A model generated the notes under the pieces. It had not been told where the DNA came from. It saw only the letters and a program-made list of their open reading frames with translations, and ran no database searches. From the NCBI GenBank assembly GCA_905235635.1, contig CAJOMC010000003.1, positions 15,018 to 79,017 of the forward strand: DNA of 64,000 nucleotides, given 5' to 3'. The DNA comes from an uncultured Bacilli bacterium (GTDB taxonomy: Bacteria > Bacillota_I > Bacilli_A > Izemoplasmatales > UBA1188). The position numbers and the translations under genes were made by a program. This document shows positions 56,145 through 64,000 of this stretch, piece by piece (positions within the stretch are counted from its first letter, which is position 1; every line of letters begins with the position of its first letter).

Positions 56145-59100
56145 TTATTCTTCAATAATAAGTTTTTTCCTTCTTTCAAAATTTTTCTCTTGGGCTTTTA
56201 ATTGATAGAAATCACTTGGACTTTGAAGGCAGTGTCCACCATACCAGTCCACATATTTCACCTTTCTTCTATTGATAAAGATATCTTTAATTCTTTCGTA
56301 AAGTGGCTCTTTAGAATACTTAAGTTCATCACCTTTAAGCTTATAATCGAACTTTTTCTTATCTCTTTTATCAATTAACTTATCTCCGCATTCTATATCA
56401 TTATCAATATTTGAATAAGTTATCGCATAAAGCACTAAGTTGCTATTTTTCTTGAGTGTAAGAGTGTCGCTAGCAATCTTAATCTTTACACTATAAAGAT
56501 ATAAATCATCTAGAACTTTGTCGGATTTATTCTTGTGGTAGTGAGTGAAAGCGAACGCTTGAGAAATAGGTTTAGTATAACCATATTCTTTAAGCCCATA
56601 TAAATCCCATGCGCCTAATCTTTCAAATGAATTTTGAACTAATACTTTTTCATTACCTATATTAATATCTTTATCCTTCCCTATGTTTAAAAGAAGAAGA
56701 TATGCGTACCTATACTTTCTATTAAGATTAATTACCTGGTTATTAAATGATACTGCGTTTAACCTATCTCCAAGATTTAGCTTATACTTGATTCCTTTAG
56801 ATGAAATAATACTATCCTTAATAAGTTCTCTTGGAATACTAATCTTATTCTTTAGAGTAGAATCAGATCTATTACTATTACTTGTGATACCAACCTTATT
56901 ATATGGAAGTGCTTCATAGTAGAAATCTTCTTTAACGTCACAAGTGTCTAACTCAACCATATAGGATTTGATCTCATTCTTAGATAAACTAAATGTGAAT
57001 GAATTATTCTCATAAAGATGACTCTTTATAATCTCTTCATCACCTCTAACTTCATTTAAAGATTTAATATTCTTAATGAAGTCAACTTTAACATTATCTA
57101 ATCCTTTTCCATAATAATCTACCACTCTTAGAATATATGAGTTAGAGTATTCACTTTTCTTAAAGCACATAACTCTTGCGTCATTATTTGAAATGCTAAA
57201 GAGTGTTAGATCATTTTTGATTTCACCAGTATGTACACCCATCTTAAAGATATTCATAGGCTTTGTAAATTTCTCGGCCTCTTTAATTGAATTGTCTTCG
57301 CTTGGGATAGAAGAAGTAATTGAGTATGAGAAGATATTTAATCCATAATCAAGTAGGTGTTGAGCGCATTCATATCTATAATTAAACATTGGTGTATGAA
57401 CTGCGGTTAACCTAATCACATTATCCTCTGGTTTATCAAAGCCTTGTCTTGAATCAGATATAATAGTTATGCCTAGTTTATCATCTTCAAGTCTCGCAAA
57501 TTTTTGCGCAGGTACTTCATATAGTAATTCAGTATTATTAGGCCTATCATATTTCCCAATTCCTATATCATATAATGCTTTATCATTTGATATGCTTAGT
57601 GGGAATTTGACCTTAAGGTTAGTTGAAGACTCATGCCACATAAGTTCATTATATACATCAATTCTATCGGTATTCTTCTCTAGAGAAATAATAGTTTTAA
57701 GAGTAGATTTATTAAAGGTTCTATTAATCTCAAGAGAAACCTTTAGAGGACTCTTAAATAATATTTTTGCGCTACCATCTTTAAAATATGCATATGGAGT
57801 TCTCATAATATCACTATATTTTATTTCCCATGAAGGCCATTGAACCGAATCATAGTCTCTTATAAGGTCATATCTAATTGGACTAGATAAAAGCTCCTTT
57901 TTATGTTTCTTATCATAAATGGATGAAATATTATAATCATTATCAAGTATTACTTTATATCTTCCATTCTCTAATGAGTGTTCACTTATTGATAAGAGAT
58001 TTTCTGCATATTCTTTACTAGATGGAATGACATCAAATACCTTAATAGTGTTTCCTTTAATTGTTGCGCTAAATATAACGTTTCCACCCCTATAAATAGC
58101 CGGATACTCTCTCCCTTCTAAGTCAAGCACTTTAATCATTGTGGTATTTATATCTAGTTTAATAGAAAGAGTAGAAGTAGTTTCATCTTGATTAGGATTA
58201 AATACCATAATAGGATTATGGAGTTTAGATGTATCAAATTCTCTTTCTATTCCTTTAATTGCGGATAGATATTCGTCTTTTATGGTATTAAGAGCGAGGA
58301 AATAGTCATTCCAGTTCTTTTTATAGCATTCCATAAAAGATGTACCTGTAATATCATCATGGAAGTGATGCTCAAGGACTCTTAACCATGCAAAATTTAA
58401 CGCATCAAGTGGATATTCTTTTAAGCCAAGAATAGATGATAAAGAATTAGCTTTTTCTGATACATCTAATAAGTTTTCACATTTCTTATTAAGCCTTTTA
58501 GACATTGTTCTTGATGTATAACTTCCAACTCCATGAGTTGTCATTAGAAATTCCTTATCAAATGATTCAAGTTTTTCTCCGTTATTACTAATCTCTTTTA
58601 AATCATTAAAGAATTCGTTCATAGAAGAAGAAACAATTTCTGTATCATTCGATTCATTATCTTTCATTTCGCTAAATAACACATCCATAGCGCTTGGATG
58701 AGGAGATCCACCTCTATCACCTGTCCCATAATAATGCATAGTGTAAGGGATACCAATAGTTTCTATATTTTCATCTATTTTATCTAATGTTTCTTTTGAA
58801 CGTACTTCTTTAAAGATAGTAGAGTAATTACCTGGTTTAAGTGATGTATAGACAAAAGATCCATCAAGTCCCATCCATTTTCCAAATTCAAACGGAGGGT
58901 TAATTGATGAACCCCATGATAACTTTTGAGTAGAAAAGCCAATTAATCCTGAATGTGACATAACCTCGGGAAGTGCACGCCCAAATCCAAAACAGTCAGG
59001 TAAGAATATGTCATTACATTTTTTATTAAACCTTTCTTTAAAGAAATTGTTTCCGTATAATATATTTCTTATTAATGCTTCAGGAGATGGAATGTTTGTA

Positions 59101-59384
59101 TCTCCATTTTCAATGGTACTTCCTGTCACATTCCATTTTCCAAGATTAATATAGTGTTTTAATTTTTCAAAATCTTCTGGATAATATTCTTCAATTAATC
59201 CATATCTATATGCACCTTCAAAGTTAAACTTATAGTCTTTGAATTTTTCAAAGTAATCAAAGTTTTCTTTGAGTGTCCTTGGAAGATATGATTTAACTGT
59301 CTCTTTTTCCGTCCATAGCCATGATGTATCAAGATGAGCACTAGATATTGTATAAATCCTCTTTTTCATATATTTATCTCTCAT
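56145..59384 (-). CDS. GH38 alpha-mannosidase, Ams1/MAN2C1-like long cytoplasmic type
   Basis: SSAHLDTSWLWT matches the H-x-D-x-x-W-L-W metal-site motif of the long GH38 class. HHFHDDITGTS matches the central GH38 motif. 1075-1079 aa (alternative ATG at 59369). Confidence 0.85.
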   Translation of the reverse strand: MRDKYMKKRIYTISSAHLDTSWLWTEKETVKSYLPRTLKENFDYFEKFKDYKFNFEGAYRYGLIEEYYPEDFEKLKHYINLGKWNVTGSTIENGDTNIPSPEALIRNILYGNNFFKERFNKKCNDIFLPDCFGFGRALPEVMSHSGLIGFSTQKLSWGSSINPPFEFGKWMGLDGSFVYTSLKPGNYSTIFKEVRSKETLDKIDENIETIGIPYTMHYYGTGDRGGSPHPSAMDVLFSEMKDNESNDTEIVSSSMNEFFNDLKEISNNGEKLESFDKEFLMTTHGVGSYTSRTMSKRLNKKCENLLDVSEKANSLSSILGLKEYPLDALNFAWLRVLEHHFHDDITGTSFMECYKKNWNDYFLALNTIKDEYLSAIKGIEREFDTSKLHNPIMVFNPNQDETTSTLSIKLDINTTMIKVLDLEGREYPAIYRGGNVIFSATIKGNTIKVFDVIPSSKEYAENLLSISEHSLENGRYKVILDNDYNISSIYDKKHKKELLSSPIRYDLIRDYDSVQWPSWEIKYSDIMRTPYAYFKDGSAKILFKSPLKVSLEINRTFNKSTLKTIISLEKNTDRIDVYNELMWHESSTNLKVKFPLSISNDKALYDIGIGKYDRPNNTELLYEVPAQKFARLEDDKLGITIISDSRQGFDKPEDNVIRLTAVHTPMFNYRYECAQHLLDYGLNIFSYSITSSIPSEDNSIKEAEKFTKPMNIFKMGVHTGEIKNDLTLFSISNNDARVMCFKKSEYSNSYILRVVDYYGKGLDNVKVDFIKNIKSLNEVRGDEEIIKSHLYENNSFTFSLSKNEIKSYMVELDTCDVKEDFYYEALPYNKVGITSNSNRSDSTLKNKISIPRELIKDSIISSKGIKYKLNLGDRLNAVSFNNQVINLNRKYRYAYLLLLNIGKDKDINIGNEKVLVQNSFERLGAWDLYGLKEYGYTKPISQAFAFTHYHKNKSDKVLDDLYLYSVKIKIASDTLTLKKNSNLVLYAITYSNIDNDIECGDKLIDKRDKKKFDYKLKGDELKYSKEPLYERIKDIFINRRKVKYVDWYGGHCLQSPSDFYQLKAQEKNFERRKKLIIEE

Positions 59385-59557
59385 TCTCTATATTTTTGAA
59401 TCTATCAAGATAAAGATACCATATTTTTATATTTTTATGCTTATTAAAATAAAAGATATTGAATATCTAAGAAAAAAAGCGAAAAAACAAATTAAGGTAT
59501 AAAAGTAATAAAGAATAGTATAATTCAAAAAATAATTAAATTTTTAGGAATACTCTG

Positions 59558-59625
59558 AATGTTAATTAAATTAAGTAGAAGAATCACTATAAAATTCGTA
59601 TATTCACTATTTATTAATGTTAATT
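59558..59625 (+). promoter_or_regulatory. direct repeats in the GH38/AraC divergent control region (candidate AraC half-sites)
   Basis: AATGTTAATT occurs at 59558-59567 and 59616-59625. TCACTAT occurs at 59584-59590 and 59604-59610, 20 bp apart. Confidence 0.3.
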
Positions 59626-59663
59626 CGTGTTAGAATAGAAGAAATAAAGAGGTTTGATAATAA

Positions 59664-60485
59664 GTGACAAATATCAAAAAAGAATATAATCCAAAGGATT
59701 TTTATATTCAATCAAATACTAAAAGATATGAAGTTGTAGAAGATTTAATCACTAGTAGTGTAGGATTACATTTTCATGACTACTTAGAAGCTGAACTCGT
59801 CTTGTCAGGTGAAGCTACTCAGTATATCAACGACTATAAAACTCTTATTAAAAGAGGATCTTTTTCACTTCTTAGACCGAATATCGACTGCCACTCAGTA
59901 GAAGTAAATAATTTACAGGTAGTGAAATTCTATGTTAAGCCATTTATCATTGAGCCAGAGCTCTGGAAAGATATATCGCTTTTACTTGATCCACTTGTAA
60001 TTGAACTTGAAGGTGATGACCTTTATCACACTATCAGTATGTTCAATATTATCGAGTATGAACAAAACAAAACCGAAAGATATAGCGACGAGATAATTAG
60101 AAATGGTATAAATTCCTTACTTTACTTTTTTGTCCAAAAGAAGATCGGACAAGAGAGTAATGTTGCAATAAGAAAAAATATTATCAAATATTTGATTGAT
60201 GATGATAGATATTTAACTGATGTATCACTTCAAGATTTTGCGGATGATTTTGGATATAGTTTATCTCACGCATCAAAGTACTTTAAAGAAAATACAGGTA
60301 TGACTTTTTCTGAAGCTAAGCAATACTTTAGAATGCAGGTAGCTAAAAGATTACTTATATCCACTGACTACTCTATAAACGAAATCGCGACTAAGTGCGG
60401 ATTTAACTACTATCACCTATTCCATAACATTTTTAAGAAAACAACTGGTATGACACCATTTGAATTCAAAAAGAACAATAGATAA
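59664..60485 (+). CDS. AraC-family transcriptional regulator
   Basis: C-terminal double HTH (FADDFGYSLSHASKYFKENTGMTFSE...INEIATKCGFNYYHLFHNIFKKTTGMTPFEF); GTG start; divergent from the GH38 gene. Confidence 0.8.
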   Translation: MTNIKKEYNPKDFYIQSNTKRYEVVEDLITSSVGLHFHDYLEAELVLSGEATQYINDYKTLIKRGSFSLLRPNIDCHSVEVNNLQVVKFYVKPFIIEPELWKDISLLLDPLVIELEGDDLYHTISMFNIIEYEQNKTERYSDEIIRNGINSLLYFFVQKKIGQESNVAIRKNIIKYLIDDDRYLTDVSLQDFADDFGYSLSHASKYFKENTGMTFSEAKQYFRMQVAKRLLISTDYSINEIATKCGFNYYHLFHNIFKKTTGMTPFEFKKNNR

Positions 60486-60521
60486 CTGACATTTTAAACA
60501 TTGTTTCATAATTTTCTAAAC

Positions 60522-60573
60522 AAATCACTATCACATTCTTTCATGTTAAAGAATTAGTGATTTTTTATTTTTA
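60522..60573 (+). terminator. terminator after the second AraC gene
   Basis: Two-tier hairpin AAATCACTA..ATTCTTT-CATGTT-AAAGAAT-TAGTGATTT, followed by TTTTATTTTT. Confidence 0.75.
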
Positions 60574-60588
60574 TTATGAAAAAGTATA

Positions 60589-60602
60589 TGAAAGCGATTT
60601 AA
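60589..60602 (+). promoter_or_regulatory. cre-like (CcpA-type) box 1
   Basis: TGAAAGCGATTTAA matches TGWAANCGNTNWCA at 13 of 14 positions. Confidence 0.3.
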
Positions 60603-60752
60603 ATATGGTGAAAAAACAATATAAATCACAAAAAAGAGTATATTATATCACATATAAGTGAATTAAAACCAAGTTAATTTTAATATAAAATTATATTGAT
60701 AAAGTGCATATTAGTTAATTATTAAATAATTATTGATTAAAAGTTTTTTGAA

Positions 60753-60766
60753 AGAAAGCGATTACT
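60753..60766 (+). promoter_or_regulatory. cre-like (CcpA-type) box 2
   Basis: AGAAAGCGATTACT matches the consensus at 12 of 14 positions. It shares the 10-mer GAAAGCGATT with box 1 and lies 37 nt before the permease ATG. Confidence 0.3.
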
Positions 60767-60802
60767 TTTAGAGAAATAGACACTCAATTCTTGGAGGTAT
60801 AA

Positions 60803-61672
60803 ATGAGCGCAAAAGTCAAAAGAACTAGAGAAAAAATCCAAAAAGAGTATAAGGCTACCCTTATCGTTTTTTGCATTATATTCTCTATTTACGCATTTTC
60901 GCTTCTTTATCCTATAATTTGGATTTTCGTTAAATCAATTCAAAATCCAGTTGAGTTTGTGTTTGATGCGGAAAGATTCTTCCCATCATCAATCTATTTT
61001 GGGAACTATACAAGGATGGTTAAGGAATTTGATTTCCTCCCAATGATTACTAACACTATTATCTTAAGTCTTGTGACCCCAACAGTCCAAGTCGCTGCGT
61101 GCTGTTGTATATCATATGCTTACGCTAAATTCAAATTTAAATTAAGAGGTCTTGTATATTTCGTAGCTATCGCAAGTATGTTTATTCCGAGTGTTGGTAC
61201 ACTTGCGGCAACATATGAGCTTATGATGGGGCTAAAACTAATGGACACACTAATTGGATATGTGATTCTATGTGGTACAGGTATGGGATTTAGTTTCTTA
61301 CTTGTTAGTGCTCAATATATGAATGTATCCCATGAATATACTGAGAGTGCAGAAATGGATGGTGCATCGAGGTTTAGAATATTTACTCAGATTGTAACCC
61401 CAATGATCCTTCCAACACTCACAACTTTATGGTTACTTTCATTTATTGGTGTATGGAACGATTATCAAATGCCTTACTTATTCTTACCATCTCATCACAC
61501 TCTATCTGTCGGTATTAAAGAACTTCAATATATAGCCACTCAATCAGGTGGCACAGATTACCCAATACTCTTTGCGGGTATTATCATGGTAGAAGTACCA
61601 GTATTAATATTATTCTTTATCTTCCAGAAGAAGATTCTATCATTCTCAGCTGGAGGAGGCCTTAAAGGCTAA
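60803..61672 (+). CDS. carbohydrate ABC transporter permease (CUT1, LplC/MalG-like)
   Basis: 289 aa, 6 TM segments; EAA-loop region ESAEMDGASRFRIFTQIVTPM; GGAGG SD. Confidence 0.88.
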   Translation: MSAKVKRTREKIQKEYKATLIVFCIIFSIYAFSLLYPIIWIFVKSIQNPVEFVFDAERFFPSSIYFGNYTRMVKEFDFLPMITNTIILSLVTPTVQVAACCCISYAYAKFKFKLRGLVYFVAIASMFIPSVGTLAATYELMMGLKLMDTLIGYVILCGTGMGFSFLLVSAQYMNVSHEYTESAEMDGASRFRIFTQIVTPMILPTLTTLWLLSFIGVWNDYQMPYLFLPSHHTLSVGIKELQYIATQSGGTDYPILFAGIIMVEVPVLILFFIFQKKILSFSAGGGLKG

Positions 61673-61683
61673 AGGAGACGTTT

Positions 61684-63306
61684 ATGAAAAAGATTTTATT
61701 TATATTCTTAGCGCTATTAATGTCACTATCTATAATTGGATGTGAAAAAGATGACAATACTACAACTAATTCCAAATACGATTTAAAGATTACCTACTTT
61801 AATGGTGGTTATGGTGAAGACTGGATTAATAACTTAGTTCAAAGATTTGAAGCTGAATATAACGTTAAAGTTGATATCGTTAAATCAGAAGAAGGTAACT
61901 GTGGCGCAGAAAACTATATTAAATCTGGCTACAACCTTTCTGATATCTATATCGGTGAATGTATGCCTTGGAAGTCACTAGTTCAGTCAGGACTTCTCGC
62001 TGACTTATCAGATGTATATGAAGCTGAGGTAAATACATCAAAGGGCAAACAAAAGATTAAAGACTTTATGGATCCACTTTGTGTAGGTAACTTCTACGCT
62101 CAAAGACAATTAAGCAAAGCTGAATATGTACCATGGGCTATGCCTTGGACAGTTCAGCCAAATGCAATGGCATATAACGAAGATATTCTTAAAGCTATAA
62201 AACATGTTAGTTCAATAGAAGTATCTGAAGGTTTAATCTCAAGCGAAGGAAAATGGTTAAATCCACCTAAGACTTTAAATGATTTATACGCATTCAGTGA
62301 AGATGTAATTGCATTTAATAATAATTCAGCTGAAAAACAAGCATTAGGCGATACTCACTCATATGCTCCATTTGGTTTTGCGGGTGGTATCAATATTGAC
62401 TCTATTGGTTTTATGATTATTACTTGGTGGGCTGAAGCACAAGGACTTTATGAAAGTAATTATCAAGGAGAAGGATCGTTCTATGATTTCTTTAACTTTG
62501 GTAATACAGTTGATTCTAACCAAGGTCAAACAATAGATATGGGTGTATTTAACCAATCAGGACTCGCTCTTGCATATGACACATTTGCAAGTTACATCTT
62601 TGACGATAACGGAAATTATCAAAACACATTAACTAATCCTTATAACAATAACCTCCAACAACTCCAACAATTATTTGTTGCGAATAGAGTTAATGAAAAA
62701 CCAGTACTCTCTATCGCAAGTTCATATCTTGAAAATGAGGTTATCAAGAATAGATATATTGATAGTGATCTAGATGGAAAGAGAGATGTTAACTTCAAGT
62801 TTATGAATGTTCCTAAATTAAATGCTGAATCAGAAGATATCCTATACGGTAGATTATCTGATGGTATTATTATTCCTGCGAAAGCTACTCACATAGATCT
62901 TGCAAAACAATTCCTAATATTTATGTGTAATGAAGAAGAAGTAGTTAATTTCGCAAAAGATACCAATGGTGGTATTAGACCATTTAGTTGTGATTTAAGA
63001 ACTGCCGCAGGAGATTATGAGTTTAGTGAATTTGCTAATTCATTATTTGATGTTTACTATAATTCAAATGTATTCTATGAATATCCAATGAACGTTAAAA
63101 CATATGCAGGTGTTGCACACGTATTCCGTTATAGTGAACCATCATACCATGGCAACAAATCATGGACTGATATCTTAAATCTTATGAAAGATCCAAAAGG
63201 CAAAACACCTGGTAAAGCTATTGCGAATGAAGTAATCTTTAGTTTAACTCAGGCAGAACTTGATTCTTGGATTAGAAAATTCAAACTAACAAACATTACT
63301 AAATAA
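61684..63306 (+). CDS. large extracellular solute-binding lipoprotein (LplA-like, CUT1)
   Basis: Lipobox LSIIGCE; 540 aa; AAGGAG SD; lies between the two permease genes. Confidence 0.8.
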   Translation: MKKILFIFLALLMSLSIIGCEKDDNTTTNSKYDLKITYFNGGYGEDWINNLVQRFEAEYNVKVDIVKSEEGNCGAENYIKSGYNLSDIYIGECMPWKSLVQSGLLADLSDVYEAEVNTSKGKQKIKDFMDPLCVGNFYAQRQLSKAEYVPWAMPWTVQPNAMAYNEDILKAIKHVSSIEVSEGLISSEGKWLNPPKTLNDLYAFSEDVIAFNNNSAEKQALGDTHSYAPFGFAGGINIDSIGFMIITWWAEAQGLYESNYQGEGSFYDFFNFGNTVDSNQGQTIDMGVFNQSGLALAYDTFASYIFDDNGNYQNTLTNPYNNNLQQLQQLFVANRVNEKPVLSIASSYLENEVIKNRYIDSDLDGKRDVNFKFMNVPKLNAESEDILYGRLSDGIIIPAKATHIDLAKQFLIFMCNEEEVVNFAKDTNGGIRPFSCDLRTAAGDYEFSEFANSLFDVYYNSNVFYEYPMNVKTYAGVAHVFRYSEPSYHGNKSWTDILNLMKDPKGKTPGKAIANEVIFSLTQAELDSWIRKFKLTNITK

Positions 63307-63345
63307 AATAACTTATATAGAAATTATTAAATAATATTAATATTT

Positions 63346-64000
63346 ATGTCTAACGAAAAAGAAGCTAGTAATCTTTTAAAAAAGGTTGACTACAAAAAGC
63401 TCAAAAAGAAAAGAAAAATAGCGGAAAAGGTATTCATTATCTTACTACTCCTATATCCTATTGGTCACTGGATTGTATTCTGGTTATACACCAATTTAAG
63501 GACATTTGCCTTTCCATTTATGGAATGGGACTATTGGGAGGCGAGATATCTTTTTCCTCATCCGGAAGGGTTATTCTATAACTTTAAGCAACAAATAGAA
63601 CAGTTCTTCTTAAAAGATACGACAGGAGCTCATACGACAGTATATATAGCTTTCTTTAATACGTTCCACAGTTTAGCGATTAACTTTATTTTACTCCCTC
63701 TTGCGACTATAATAGGTTTCGCTCTCGCAAAGCATGTGCCTGGAGAAAAATTCTTTAGAGTTGTATTCTTCCTTCCAAACATCTTATCCACTGTAGTACT
63801 TTGTCTTGCGTTTAGATTTATGTTTGAATCAAATACTGCCCTATTTGTTGGTCCAGGTGCAAAGCTCCTCCAATTCCTTGGATTTAATTTTGATGGTTGG
63901 AACATCTTGAATAAACCAAGGATATGGACCTTAGTCTATATATTCTGTATATGGGCAGGTCTATCAATAAACGTAGTACTTATTTCTTCGGCATTTCAAA
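63346..64000 (+). CDS. carbohydrate ABC transporter permease (LplB/MalF-like), 3' end outside the window
   Basis: Frame open from the ATG at 63346 to the window end (not in the ORF track because no stop is reached). Translation ...FRVVFFLPNILSTVVLCLAFRFMF... is typical of the first permease subunit. Confidence 0.8.
   Translation, partial: MSNEKEASNLLKKVDYKKLKKKRKIAEKVFIILLLLYPIGHWIVFWLYTNLRTFAFPFMEWDYWEARYLFPHPEGLFYNFKQQIEQFFLKDTTGAHTTVYIAFFNTFHSLAINFILLPLATIIGFALAKHVPGEKFFRVVFFLPNILSTVVLCLAFRFMFESNTALFVGPGAKLLQFLGFNFDGWNILNKPRIWTLVYIFCIWAGLSINVVLISSAFQ

Noticed and set aside
60603-60700. Tiny ORFs in the AraC-permease spacer (MKKYMKAI, MVKKQYKSQKRVYYITYK), considered as leader peptides.
   Set aside because: They have no SD, no attenuator-like alternative structures and no codon pattern that would suggest regulation. 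They are indistinguishable from chance ORFs.
63630-63905. 91-aa minus-strand ORF near the window end.
   Set aside because: It is antisense to an open + strand frame (63346 to the window end) that encodes a typical ABC permease.
1-64000. Searched for a CRISPR array, IS elements/transposases, rRNA, prophage and alternative genetic code (UGA=Trp).
   Set aside because: No regularly spaced direct repeats and no transposase/integrase-like ORFs other than the chromosomal XerC were found, and there is no rRNA-like sequence. Many well-supported genes terminate at TGA (galE, trxA, dnaE, yfcE) and full-length proteins are obtained with the standard code.

Overview
AT-rich window from a standard-genetic-code bacterium. 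Many genes end in TGA and none contains an in-frame TGA, so this is not a UGA=Trp mycoplasma. Gene content, Cys-lipobox lipoproteins and extreme gene packing suggest an Acholeplasma-like Mollicute or an Erysipelotrichia/Firmicutes relative; this is inference only. About 59 protein genes and 2 tRNAs are supported.

Layout:
- Left two thirds (1-43 kb), core metabolism and housekeeping: ppdK 3' end, rbsK, glpQ, pgcA, ung, a GH13 enzyme, eno, nagB, a complete Leloir set (galM-galT-galK divergent from galE), a Na/Pi transporter, a BMP-lipoprotein nucleoside-type ABC importer, rdgB-yfcE-trmFO-xerC-rlmH, trxA plus a TrxR-like gene, and dnaE-uvrB-rlmCD.
- Right third (43-64 kb), accessory-looking: metallophosphoesterases, GNAT, lipoproteins, a HipBA toxin-antitoxin pair, ldhA, an aldo/keto reductase (AKR), two AraC regulators, and a GH38 alpha-mannosidase / GH43-like / sugar-ABC locus.

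No rRNA, CRISPR array, IS element, integrase-bounded island or prophage was seen. I found no clear multi-gene system of a new type.

Observations most worth follow-up:
1. A 901-aa TPR-sensor protein whose GGDEF and EAL domains both look catalytically dead.
2. A short TrxR homologue lacking the NADPH-binding motifs, translationally coupled to trxA.
3. A mannoside locus carrying two cytoplasmic metallophosphoesterases.
4. An unlisted 57-aa double zinc-ribbon ORF coupled to galE.
5. A lone AAA+/DUF4143 ATPase with a nuclease-like tail, bracketed by two tRNAs.
6. Two decayed genes (an aromatic-amino-acid-type permease and a CAT-family acetyltransferase) at operon ends.
7. HipBA.

All family calls rest on motif recognition by eye. 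No database search or HMM scan was run.
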